Assembly: GCF_036321535.1 (NCBI RefSeq)
Contig: NC_087436.1
Location: 104,968,001-105,032,000, forward strand
DNA length: 64,000 bases
Source of the DNA: Camelus dromedarius
Lineage: Eukaryota
Reading direction: 5' to 3'
In this document: positions 24,500 through 36,649 of the stretch, piece by piece
Layout: the number at the start of each line of letters is the position of its first letter
How positions within the stretch are numbered: position 1 is the first letter of the stretch
Program-made: the position numbers and the translations under genes
Notes under the pieces: model-generated
The model's database searches: none
Told to the model about the DNA's origin: nothing
Seen by the model: the letters and a program-made list of their open reading frames with translations, nothing else

Positions 24500-24649
24500 T
24501 TTTTTTTTTAAGTTACTTTTGGGGGAGTCATTAGGTTGGTTGGTTTGTTTGTTTATTATTATTATTTTTTTAATGGAGGTACTGGGGATTGAAACTAGGA
24601 CCGCCTGCATGCTAAGCATGCGCTCTACCACTGAGCTATAACCTCCCCC
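24500..24649 (-). mobile_element. tRNA-Ala(AGC)-derived SINE (vic-1-like), intron 1
   Basis: Reverse complement reads ggggaggttatagctcagtggtagagcgcatgcttAGCatgc...ttcaatccccagtacctcca plus tail and poly-A; TSD atcagaccact (24490-24500) / atcaaactact (24650-24660). Confidence 0.85.
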
Positions 24650-24846
24650 ATCAAACTACTTCTTACTGTTTTTTCCATTCTAGCCTCAAATCTATACATC
24701 AGATGAGTCTCTTTTGAATGCTCTAACTTCTGTCTTTGTCTTGATTCTCTCCTTTAATCGGAAAGGGAATGCAAACCCATTTATCTTCATCAACTCGTAG
24801 TATATATGCCAGGTTCTCACCATCCTCAAATAGGCTCCCCATCTGC

Positions 24847-25150
24847 TTTTTTTAAAATTTTGTTTTAATTGAAGTATAGTCAGTTTACAGTGTTGTGTCA
24901 ATTTCTGGTGTACAGCATAATGTTTCAGTCATACATATACACATATATATTCCTTTTCATATTGTTTTCCAATATAGATTACTACAAGATACTGAATATA
25001 GTTTTCTGGGCTATACAGTATAACATGTTTCTCTATTTTATATACAGTAGTTAGTATCTGCAAATCTCGAACTCCCAATTTATCACTTCCCACTCCCTTC
25101 CCATCCCCTCCCCTCAACCCCCGTAACCATAACTTTGTTTTCTATGTCTG
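24847..25150 (-). mobile_element. L1 3'-end fragment, intron 1
   Basis: ttgaagtatagtcagtttacagtgttgtgtcaatttctggtgtacagcat...taaccataactttgttttctatgtctg. Confidence 0.75.
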
Positions 25151-28100
25151 TCAACTGTGCCAAACCTCATCCTGCAGACTTAACATATATGTTTATGCCC
25201 ATATACATTCTACCTGCCTTACCTACTACCTGATCTCCTGTGAGAAGTCTGACACATGAGATCTGGTTCAAATCCCACAAGTGCCACTTATCAGTGGGTG
25301 TGTGTTTAGGCAAATCCCTCTGAGCATAAAGCATTGTTTCCCCATCTATAAAATGGGGATAATTCCTCATGTTTTGCAGGGTTATGAGATTAATGGTTAT
25401 GCCTAGAAAATGCCTGGAACTAAGCAGGCATTAAATAAATAGTAGCAATTCTATTGTACCTGGATTAACAACCCTTTGTTAGGACTACATTCCTCCCAGC
25501 CTTTGATAGGGACTTCCTTATAATCCATTTTTTCAACAAAGCCTTCCTTGGTTACATGTAGAGGAAATCTGGCTCCTCACATGCCTGAATGTCCACTACA
25601 AGCAGTTCTTGTCCTAATACACATCAGACAATGTAGCCCAAAGGATGGGAACAAACAATTCACAGAAGAGGACGTACAAATGGCTAAAATGCTTATTACA
25701 AATTAAGAGTTCAGCCTCATTAGCGACCTAACATATGAAAGTTAAAACAGTGAGATATAAGGTTCAGCTATCAAATCAGAAAAAAAAATTAAGTATAATA
25801 CACCATGCTGGAGAGGATGCAGTGAAATGAACGCTGCTGGGAGATTTGGAAAGCAGTTGGCAAAATGTCTAAAACACCCTACATGTTTCATGTATCTCTG
25901 ACCCAGTAAATTTCACTTCTGGGAATTAAGAACCTAGGAACACTTTTTTTCTCAGAAAGTCAAAAATACCTGCCTTTGTCTGATCACCTCTTTGAAGAGG
26001 GTTTCCCAGAGCTGGGTCTATCTACCTGACTCCTTTCCAATTTTTCTTAAGTGGAAAAACTTCCTGACTACTAGAATGTAAGCTCGACCGAAAAACGGGG
26101 GCTTTATCTTGCTCATCACTGCATTTTCAGAGTCCACAGCTCTGCCTGGGACATTGACAATGCCCAATAAATGTCGGTTGATGAATGAATGTGACGCAAC
26201 CAAAAAAGGATGTTTGCTGCGCTGTCATTTACAGAGTTAAAAATTAACAGGGAAACGATTACATTAACTGCTTGCTGTATAGCCACGCAGCGTAATAGCA
26301 TGCCATTAAAAAGGTTATGAAGAAGCAGCCAAACAAACAAACAAAACAGAAAAATGCTTAGGTCAATTGTGAATAAAAGGCACATTTTTGTCTTATTCAC
26401 AGCATGATCCCAGTAAGGATCCAAAAATCTTCCATGGGGTTCAAAGTGGGTGGTGAGATTGTGTGTGGTTTTTCTTTTCTTTTATCTGAAATTGCCAAAT
26501 GCTTTTAAGAGATGCAGCCCAACCTCCAAACCCACAAAGGTAAGATGGTTCAGGGACACCTGTACTGTCACTGTCACTCATATTGATAAAGCCGGGAGTA
26601 CAAAGAAACAGATTTTGTGAGTCCCCAACATGAGAGGCTTTCACACACTTGATTCACCCAAGGAACTTTCTCAACCTTCCCCTACAACTGCAGAGCACAG
26701 CACACGCTCCCACGATCACAGGGAACACCCTGCCGTCGCTGGCTTGCAGGAAGGCACAGACTGGGTCCTTCATTTCAGCTTAATAAGCACCCAGCACAGG
26801 ACCTGGCACACAACAGGCTTCATGTGCTTTGTGAGTAGGGTGCTAGGACCTGCAGAGCCAGCAAGAGCCAATATTTGAGCCAGGCTGTGCTCAAGCTCAC
26901 AGCCGCCCATTCAGGGAGCTATTCTCTGATGATACAGATGAAGATACCCAGGAGACTCAAACGGGGGCGAAGTGACTTGCCCAAGGTTCCACGTGGTGGA
27001 GCCTTGAGCCCAGGTTTGAATCCAAAGGCTTCTGCAGCTGTTTCCCTCCATTTCCTGTATGTAGGGTCAGGTTTATAACATTTTACAACTGCTAGGTTAG
27101 TAGGCAGCTTCAGCGAGTTAATTTCTGTACAGTAATCTCTTCTGTAAACTGGTTCTTGTGATTCCTCTTACCATCCCTGTAAGGGGTTAGTGTTGTTCCC
27201 ATTTTATAGATGAGAAAACCAAAGCACCCAGAGGGATGGAGTCACTTGGCCAGAATTCAGGGACAAAGTGAGGCTCCCATGGTCTCAAAGCATCGCCCAC
27301 TCCAGGTATTTGTGCCAAAGCACCTGCATTTAAACCTCCTATCTGCACTGTTCATGGGCCATTTACAGCAGTCAGCACTTTGACTTCACCCTGACTTAAA
27401 TCCAGCTCATTTCCCCATCACCCCAAACATTCCCCTCCGTAGAACTTTGTTATTTATGTGATTCCTGCTCTCATCTTCCCAGAATTTCCAAGTCATCTCT
27501 GTCGGCCCTCAAATCCAGCCAGCGCCAGGACCTACTACTGACTGTATCTGGGAGCATCTTGGTTCTGGTTTCTGGTTCCTGGGACCAGTGCAGCGGCCTG
27601 TTTAACTGATTTGGGCCCCAGTTTCTCTCTGCAAGTTAAAAAAACTTTCCCAACTCACAGCTGTGATTGTGTGGGCTCATCTCTTTACTGCCCACTGGTC
27701 CCCAAATGATCTCTCCCTTTGGGTCACACCAGCCTAAAACTGGGACCCCGAGTCCTCTCCCCTGCTCTTGCCCAGGCAACCCCCACAACCTGGAAGACCC
27801 TCCTCCCATCTTCCTTAGGCTCACCCCAAGCCCTCCCCCGCCCTCCTCTGCCTAGGTTCCCCAGGCCTCTCTGGTCCTGCCCTGCGTGTCCTACCCAAGT
27901 GACTCACCTGGCACTCTATCACACCACCGCAATATCTTTTCATCGATTTCTGATAACAACTACCGTTGAATAAGTGCCAAAGAGGTGCTGTGCGGGTGCT
28001 AGACACGTTATTTCATCCGATCTTTATATAAGAAAGGGTCATGATCATCGCCATTTGCAAATGGGAAAACCCAGGCTCCAAGACATTTAAGCAAACCGTT

Positions 28101-29428
28101 CCAAGTCACCCAGTAGGTGAGTGACAGCCAGTTTTTAAACACAGCTCTACCTGTCAGTGAAGCTGGGGCCCTTAATCCTCAGTATCCTGGGCCATGACAT
28201 GGATATATCTTCCTGGAGCACTGTTTGTACCCACATAATTGGGGCAAGGGAATGTTAAATATTGTGACTGGTAGGTGATTTGCATTTGATTAATCCTACA
28301 AAGGATTATTATAAGGATCAAGTGTGTTACGTTTCAAAAGTTCTCAGAACAGTGCCTGACATCTTGTAAACCTCGTGTGACTATCAGTGATCATACTAAA
28401 ACAAGCATGGGCCTATTACAGTACAGAATGTAAGATGTATCTAAATTAAAAATTAAAAAAAGGAAATCAGACACAAAGACTGCTTTGAGCCTGCAACTGT
28501 TGCGGGTTTCTCAGCAGACCTTTAAGGATGTACAGATCTGGTCTCTGCTCTTGGAGGCATTCTGAAGGAAACTGGACACTGATCTTCTGTCACCTCTTAT
28601 AATCTTAATTCTCCCTCGAGTTGTTCTCCTATCCCTCGCGCACGCTTATACTGCCTTCTCGACGAGAATGTAAGTTTTAGAGGGCAGAAACCCTGTTAGG
28701 CTTTTCTCCCAGTGCTCAGTGGTCAGCACACAGTGGGCACAGCACACTTGTGAATGGAGGAGTCAACATAGAGGGTTTGCTGAAGGAATGTTCTAGATCC
28801 ATGTTGATCCTGACCAGGAAACAGATCCAGCCTGAATCTTACCGATGAGTGGTTGTTCCTCATCACTATGTGCAAGTTGGTTTGGCCAAGGTCTGTGGGA
28901 GAACTGTAACAAGAAACTGCAACCTGGATGTCACAGCGGCCCGACTTAGGAAACTGCCATCAGCAGTAAGGTGTAAGAAGGATGATTATCTGCCTATTAT
29001 TTAAATTATGTTTTTGGTGACTAGATTTCTGACCAAATAGAATCATTTTCTTTCCAAGAATGAATAAAGTGTCTAGTGAATTCAGAAACAGACACTTCCA
29101 TGGCCAAGTCATGTATAATACCGCATGCAGTGGAAGGAGCAGACACCCGTGTCCGCTGAACTGGACAGAAAAAATGGGATATTATCGCAAGGGATCCAAC
29201 AAGCTGGAGTGCCTGCAGTAATTCCTCTGTGATGTCTGTGCTGGCTCCATTCCCTTCTAGGTCCTCATTTACTATTAACCAGCATCACCAAGAAGCAAAG
29301 GTGACTTTCCAATGAAAGTCTCCACTCTTCCTTCCTGGAAGTTTTGCTTCCCCTACTCCAAGTTCAGCCATCTGTCACAAGCCCAAATCCCCTTTACCAA
29401 CACTTCCTTGATGAAGCAATCACCAGTT

Positions 29429-29762
29429 CAGCAGGTCCTCTGCATCCTCGGATTCAACCAACCGCAGATGGAAGATATCCAAGAAACAAAACATACTCCA
29501 GAAAGTTCCAAAAAGCAAAAGTTGAATTTGCAGGATACTAGCAACTATTTACACAGCATTTACATTCTACTTACAGCTATTTTACATAGCATTTTCACTG
29601 TATTAGGTATTATAAATTATCTAGAAATGATTTAAAGTATACGGGAAAATCGCATCAGTTATACAAATACTGTGCCATTTTATACAAAGGATTTGAGCAT
29701 CTGTGGATTGTGGTACCCACGGGAGGTCCTGGAACCAATCCCCACAGACACCAAGGGACTGT
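29429..29762. mobile_element. TcMar-Tigger non-autonomous element (MER2/MER2B-like)
   Basis: ggattcaaccaaccgcagat...tattaggtattataaattatctagaaatgatttaaagtatacggg...ggtcctggaaccaatcccc. Confidence 0.7.
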
Positions 29763-32700
29763 ACATCATTTTCTGGCACATTCATCTACTCCGCCATCAC
29801 TCATTGGGCATTCACTGTGCTAGACACCTACAGGTAAGGAGAGGAGATGCAGATCTACACACCTAAGCCCCTTACAGGAGCAGGCAGCCAGGAGTTATCT
29901 GACCCAGCCCAGAGCATTCTGAGGCCGCCAGTCCTCCCCAACCCTACAGCTCAAGATGCTTTTCTCAGGACCCAGGAAGCGGGGAAATGCAGGCCACTGG
30001 GCATGAACCACTGTGCTTGGCAGTGTGGCTGCAGAGTCCTGATTCCCTGGCCTCCCAGCCAGCAGAGCCTCAGCACTGGGCAGGCTGACCCCACAAATCT
30101 GGTGTAAAGGAGGACTTGGAGCAAATGCCCCATGACTAGCCCTGAGACAAGGCAGCTGTTCAGGCTCCTCCAGGCCCCTGGTGCTGTCACCTCTGCTGAT
30201 ACCATAGTGCCTGGCACACAGCACCAGGAAAGAGAACCACACCGTGGGTGAGGGCTGGCCCTGAGGAGTCCTGCCACTCACTGTGTGTGCCCTGAGCCTC
30301 GCCAAGCCTCGGTTTCATCATCTCAAAAATGGGGACGATGCATCTCCCTCCCTGAGCTGTTGTAGGACTAATGGATGAAGGAGTCTAGGTGAGGCCCCAA
30401 GCAGAGCGCCTGGCAGTCAACACTCAGAACTTTGTGAAAAATTGCATCACAAACAATGAATAGCTAAACTCCACTTTGCCCCAGACCATAAGCTCTTCAT
30501 CTCAGTGCTCAGCTGAGTGGACCTCAGCAGATATTTGTGCAACAAATGAATCTAAAGCACATAAGACAAAAGGATCTAATGTTTGTTCTGTGGTGGGGGA
30601 GGGTCCTATATAATTTGGGACCCCATTAAGTCTTAAAATAAGGAAGTTCTTCTTTCCAGTTTATGAAGAAACTGAGGCATAGAGAAATTAAGAAAGAAAG
30701 TCTCACAGCTGCCCAGGGATGGAGTCAGGGTTTGAACCCAGGACTATTGGTTCCAAAGCTGAGGGAGGAGGTGGGGTCTTTCCATAGAAGTCTCAGCCCC
30801 TGGCTGAGACAGAGGAAGGAAGTTATCCTCTGGGCCCTGTTAAAGCAACAAGGCACCTATGGTCAGGCTCCGTGGGGGCTCCAAAGATGTCTGGGAGAGC
30901 TGGCTGGGCTCCTGCCTCTGCAGGGGTCACTCTTGCCTAAGTCATTCAGACAGTTAGAAATGCCAGCCAAGAATGCTCTTAGTAACAGCCTGCCCACAAA
31001 AGCTTCAGGCATACCAGAGACCTGGATTTGGCCTATGCCAAGCCTTTTAGGAGTCCCAGCTGAGCAGGGGAGATGACACTGAATGGGCCAGACAGAGGAT
31101 GTAGCCAGAATCAGGCCACTACTCCCAGGGGTGTGACAGACACTGGCCTGTCTAGAACTCACTTCTCTTGGGAGGGGCTTTGGGGGCCAGAAGGGGTCCT
31201 TGGAGCCTGCGGGCCCCCTCCAAAGGCTCTCTCCCATCCCATTCCTTTGATTCAAGCTGTTCCCTCTCCCTACTTTCCCCCAAGGCCCACCCCCTAAGGC
31301 TAGCACTCTCTTATTACCACCAGCCAGAAGTAGACAAGGGTAAAGTCATCCCCCTTGGCAGTTTGGTACTAATACCCAGAAAAATGGGTTTTAATACTCA
31401 GGCACAAGATTAGTGGCTGTGATCACACATCTGCTCCCTGGCTCCCCTCCCCCGCCCAAGTCATCCCTCCAGTTGAGCTGGCTGTGTTGACAACTCTTTT
31501 AGCTCAACTTCCCGCATCCACATGTATACCCAATGCCAAGAGGAACTCTTGCAGGCCAAGGGGGAAAAAAAAAACTGCTCTGCACTTCTCAGACCTGGGC
31601 AGCAGGGAAATGTAGGGCACCTGGCAGTCACCCAGCCCCTTCGCTCTGCATTGTTTGAGCCTCTCCAACCCCAACCAGTACCTGTTCTGGGGCCGCCTGT
31701 GCTCACAACAGTAGCAGCTCAAGGCCATCTGAAGAAGAGGGGAGAGGAGGAGGCACGGGGCAGCGTCCTGCTGAGAGACCTCAGCACGCACTCACTTTCC
31801 CACCAGAATCACAGAGAGGATGACCTCTGGAGCCCCAGCAAGCAGGACAGTGTCTGCCAGCCAAATGCTTATTGAATGATCTGTGCCAGGCACTGCAGTA
31901 AGCCGCCCTGTTCACAAATTAACCTGTTTAATCTCACTCGCACTTGAGGTATTTCTATTTGCTTTAAGTATTTATACCTTAGTACCAATGCTATCCCCAT
32001 TCGACAGAAAAGGAAACCAAGGCACACAGAAACTAACTGCTTCAAGTCACACTTAAGCCTTCAGAGACGATTCAAATTCAGGTAGTCTACCTCCAAAGTT
32101 CTCAGTATGCTCAAGAATACTTTCTTTTACTTTGAAAGAATGATGAAGACTTCAAAAATTCCCAAGAGGGTGATGATAACTTTCTTTCAGCTTCCTTCAG
32201 CCTTTACAAAGCAAAATAATTCCCAGGGGACATGGTGGTGGTGGAGGGAGGCCTATGGAACTGCAGACAGAGAAGCAACTGGCTCAGTTTTACCTTGAAT
32301 GGCTTTAGTTTAGAGTTTTGAAGATAGGCACTAATAGGATTTTTAAAAGACATTTACGCTATCGCTTTAAATGAGGACTCTATTGCCAAACCACACCCAC
32401 CCTCACAGTGCACTTTCAATAAATCCTGTAATTACCTTATAACCATGTTAATAATTTTACATTATATTAGGGAGGTTAAAAAGGTTAATTTATAAAAACA
32501 TCTTAAACATATTGCAATCTCTTTGTAGCCTTCTTTCTGCACTCTTTCGCATTTCTAAATTCACTGGTGGTGGATTAATTCATTGGGATGTCCTGACTAC
32601 CCCCTGCTGATACTGCCTTTCTGTCCCCAGGGTGGAGGGAGGGGGAAGAGGGGAGGAAGGCAGGGTAGAAGGTGGCTAACGGTTAAAAATGTATTCCAAA

Positions 32701-33989
32701 TCACTGACCCTGAGAAGCTGTTTTCTTCATTAAAGTGAATTCAGGCTATTCTTATGTCCGTTTTGTGTCTAACAGCAATAACCGAGACCGCCATTCTCCT
32801 ACCACTGGGGACTTGGTTCAGTGAGATGGTTGAGTGATAGGGGGTGGATTTTAGAGGAGGCAGTTGAACACCCAAAAACCTTCACAAACCTGCCCTTCTA
32901 GCTACCAGTTCCCAAAGTTACAAAAATAGAGATCATTATCAGCTGGTTGGCTGGCAAGAGCGAGAAATTCAAACACAATCCATAACAATGGTCACTCCCA
33001 GGAGGCACAACTTTTTCAAGAATACCCAAAACAGAACAGGTCAGAGAATTCCAGCATAGTATGGGGGAAAGGAAAAAGTCAAACAGGGCTGGAGCAAGCA
33101 GAGCAAACACAAATTTCTTGGTGAACCTAAACAGGGAGGAAGAGGAAATTCTCAGTGATGAAATCAACAAGCCACCTCCATGAAATCAACAAGTTGACAA
33201 AGCTGCCTCTTCACTGAAGGAAAAGGAGAGACCCTTCACCTCAGTTCCAGTTAACCAGGGACTCTGAACACTGAATTAACTCTACTCCAAGTCCCTCCTC
33301 TTTATGGCCTGGTCTCCCCAGCACAACCACACCTGCACACATCTCCCCAGTCCACTGCCTGGTACCCTCTGACTTTTAAAACACTGAAAAATTATGGGCT
33401 CTGCTCTCCCAAGTCAACCTGAGGGGCAGACCCTTTGCTGATGCTGCCTCCCCTGTTGTGTCCAGCATATCCTGCAGATAAATAACCGTGCAAACAGGAA
33501 CAGTAAGTAGCACGTGGAAGTCACACTGGGGAAGGCACTGCATCATAGGACAACCGTCCAAACCTGGAATTTCCAGCCCAGGAAAGACGGAGACCATTCT
33601 GTTCCGCTTCCTGTAAAGGGGGAAACTGAGGCCCAGGGGCTCACAGGAACCTGCCTCAGATCATACAGCTAGTTAGTGACCAAAAAGAGAGCCCAGACGT
33701 CCTGATCCCTATGTGGTAGGAATCCTAAAACATCCATAATTTAGAGTCCTGCAAGCGTGCCACTACAAATTGTGTAGTCATAGGAGTTGAAAAAATAGCA
33801 ACAGCACTAACATTAAGAAGAAAAAAAATCTGAAAATTTGGAGAAGGTTGATTATTATTTTTTTCTCTTCCACAGCCCAAAGCCAGCCAAGTTCCTTGAG
33901 GTCAGCGTTGAGGGAAATCTAAAAAAAAAATTAAGTAAATTATAAGTGAATTAGGGTGATTTCAAGAGCGAGAAAGGAGGAGGAAGCAC

Positions 33990-34400
33990 CCTGGTCCCAG
34001 CGGCGGTACTCACCGGTGCTCCCTGCGCAGGTAATGGACCGGAGCAGGCACCCAGGTGGAGCGCACCACCAGGGTATATATAGTGAAGGTGTTGCGCAAA
34101 AAGGCCGGCGGCAGCTGCAGTCATCACGCCCCTCGCACATTCCAGGACCGCCTGCCGCCGCCGGGGCACTGCCTACCTGCCGGCTTAATGAGCCCATCGC
34201 GACCTCGGCCGCTGCGTGGAGGAAAGAAGCGGACGGGCTGCGAGGAGAAACCTCAGACGGTCCCCCGCGCCCAAAGGCGGCGGATGTCCCCGCGCACCGT
34301 CGGCCGGCGCCCCGCGCGCCCTGAGCCCCGGCTGCTTTGCCGCGCGCCCAACCCGCCCGGACGCGGCGTCGCCCGAGATCCCAGCCATGGCGGGCTAGCA
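33990..34400 (-). promoter_or_regulatory. CpG-island promoter with TATA element (TATATATA, 34075-34082) and C/EBP palindrome (TTGCGCAA, 34092-34099)
   Basis: Dense CpG and GC content, unlike the rest of the window; motifs read directly from the sequence. Confidence 0.85.
34014..34052 (-). other. SLC34A2: SLC34A2 non-coding exon 1 (5'UTR)
   Basis: Strong donor CCG|gtgagt at 34014/34013 inside a CpG island and downstream of a TATA element. The spliced junction ...CCTGCGCAGGGAGCACCG|ACCATG resembles the human 5'UTR as I recall it. The TSS is estimated. Confidence 0.8.
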
Positions 34401-35470
34401 GGGCTCCCTGTCCCCGGCTCTCTCCTCCCCAAGAATCTGAATCTCCGAGTTTAGCTTCTCTGAGGCTGAAGAGGTCAGAGACATTGAGACATAGATAGAA
34501 GCCAACTGGAAACTCAGGGACAAATCCTCCCAAAACAAAGCCAGGATTGTTTGGCCTTATCAGGCTCTGGGATGCTTTCTGCCCTCACGGCTTGGACTCA
34601 GCAGTCAGACACTTTGGTTAGCTGGAGCCCTGGGTCTGTGACAGGACGGAGCTAGATTAGCCAGGCTGAGAAAGGCGAGGGGGGCTGCTCTCACCATGAG
34701 AACGTCCCTCCTGCCGGTCCTGGCTTTGGCAAACCGTGGCCCTTATTTCACCTGCTCTGCCCTATATTCTCCGTGTTGCCACACATGTGTCTCCCTCCAA
34801 CCTGGCTTCAAGAAGACGAGTGGGAGGCTTAACGTAACAGCAACCCAGCTATATTCAGGTCAAAGATTTTCTCCAGTGCCCACACGACACCTTCCCTGGG
34901 GTAAGAGCAGCCCCGTTTCTAGCTGGGCTAGAGGGGTTAGCAGGCAGGACGTGGGATTACTCAGAATTTGCTGAGCTGGGGTCTCATTCCAATACCCAGG
35001 CCCTTTCCCTCTGCCAAACCGTCCTGGTTTTATAGCTAAGGGAAGGCAGCCTTAGTGTGTTTACTAGTTGCCCAGTTACCCACAACTGAGTGGATGTGCT
35101 TCTTTGAAACTAGGTTGGTTTCACTCCAAAACCAAGCGTTCTCCCCAACCTCAGGGGGAAGAAGCCAAGAGTGCTGCTTCCAGGAACCCACAGAGTCAGG
35201 CTCACCTTGGGGCTGAGAAGTCAGTGGTTCCGCACACTAACTCTGAGGTCAAACTGCCTGAGACTGGTTTCCTGTTCTGCCCCTTGCTTTTTCCTGCCTT
35301 CATTTGCTCGTGTGTAAAATGGGTGTAATGGTCCTTATGTGGTAGAGTAAAATGAACTAAAATACTTATAGCCCATAGAGCAGCACTTGGCACGTGATGA
35401 GTCCTCAGTACATGTTAACAGTTATAGTTTCACTGGGAACCTCTGGTGTTAGGAGAAGGGGAGTGGGAAG

Positions 35471-35534
35471 CTTTGATTAGACTCATCGGGAACCTCGGGA
35501 CTCTTTGATTAGACTCATCGGGAACCTCGGGACT
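35471..35534. repeat. Perfect 32-bp tandem duplication
   Basis: ctttgattagactcatcgggaacctcgggact occurs twice (35471-35502, 35503-35534). Confidence 0.95.
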
Positions 35535-36649
35535 CTGAGGTCATTACTCCACAGCCTCGAATGCTGGTCACATCAGTCCAAGGGCTGAGAGATTGCTTGG
35601 AGAGTGGGCACTAGAAATCAAATTGGGCTGGGTGGTTTCTACAGGTTTCTTTGCCTGTAGGTGCTGGACTTAAAAGTCAGTCCTTGGAGACAGTGAACAG
35701 CCAGCACCTTTCCACGGAGTGACTTCTAAAGCAGAGTCGGCCGGGGATAGGCACGCAACTGCGCGTGCTCATTGAGCTCAGCTCCGCCTCCAGCCCTGGT
35801 CAGGCGGCCCGCAGACATGGCTCAGGGCTTCCCAGGGCAGGCCGTAACTGGACATTCATCCTGACCCGCCTCCCCCCAGTAACTGTGGCCTTTATATCTA
35901 ACTGTGTTCACATTGCTTTCATGTCACTCCCAACAAGGAGCTGACAGATTGAAATGTCAAAAATTTAGGACGAGAAATGAGGTCTCAGGTCCTCCTTTTA
36001 TGTTCCAGTTGGAAAAGAAAAACACTGATTCAATCAAACAGCTTTTGGGATTGTAGGTTTGGGGTACTTGCACCACCTGTGGAGAAAGGGCAAATGGTGT
36101 GTGTGTGCAACTCTAGGATCTGTCCCTCTAGGGGAACATATTTTCCTATCTTCATCCCATCTCTGATACAGACACTAGCACCATTTAGCATTTCAAAGTA
36201 CAGCCTATGTTTACACACAAACTTCTAAAATACTTTCATTCTAAAGTACTTTTTTGCCTGTGAGGTAGAATTGACTGGATTAGATGCTATTATTAATGTG
36301 GATCTGAGGCCCACCTGCCCAAAGCTACAAAACTATGAGCTAATACAGGTCACATCCCTGGCTGAGTTCCTGGGCCAGATGTATTTCAGAATTTAGAAAT
36401 TTACATTTTTAGAAAGCAAGATGCAGACACTCCAATGGGACCTGGACAGCACCCTGTAATCAAACTCCTTGATATTTTTTCTGTAAAAATGTATAAATAC
36501 TGGTACTAAGTGGAATAAATTTAATTTTATACATCAGGTTAGGGCACTAAATGAGTTTTTAAACTGCAGATTAGCGATCGTGACTACTTTTTTTTTTTTT
36601 GCCCAGGGCCAAATACTTTACATTCATTTATAATATTCTACACATTATA

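Larger units (their letters stand above)
8935..34052 (-). other. SLC34A2: SLC34A2 gene span: 13 exons (exon 1 non-coding), predicted 688-aa NaPi-IIb sodium-dependent phosphate cotransporter
   Basis: Twelve coding exons of 112/135/129/144/112/196/96/121/168/117/125/612 nt join in frame (2067 nt including TAG) through GT-AG introns. The protein starts MAPWPE, has both QSSS motifs, the IIb-type cysteine string and a C-terminal TAL. Transcript start and end are estimated from the TATA element and the AATAAA. Confidence 0.97.

Noticed and set aside
24575..24649. tRNA-Ala(AGC)-like sequence (also at 7468, 18854 and 18948)
   Set aside because: The T-arm/B-box and acceptor stem carry mismatches, and each copy has a shared AT-rich tail and poly-A, with a TSD visible for some. 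These are SINEs, not functional tRNA genes.
33940..34533. Several overlapping 120-197 aa ORFs across the CpG island
   Set aside because: Stop-codon depletion in GC-rich DNA explains them; the translations are low-complexity Arg/Ala/Gly/Pro sequence with no recognisable domain.
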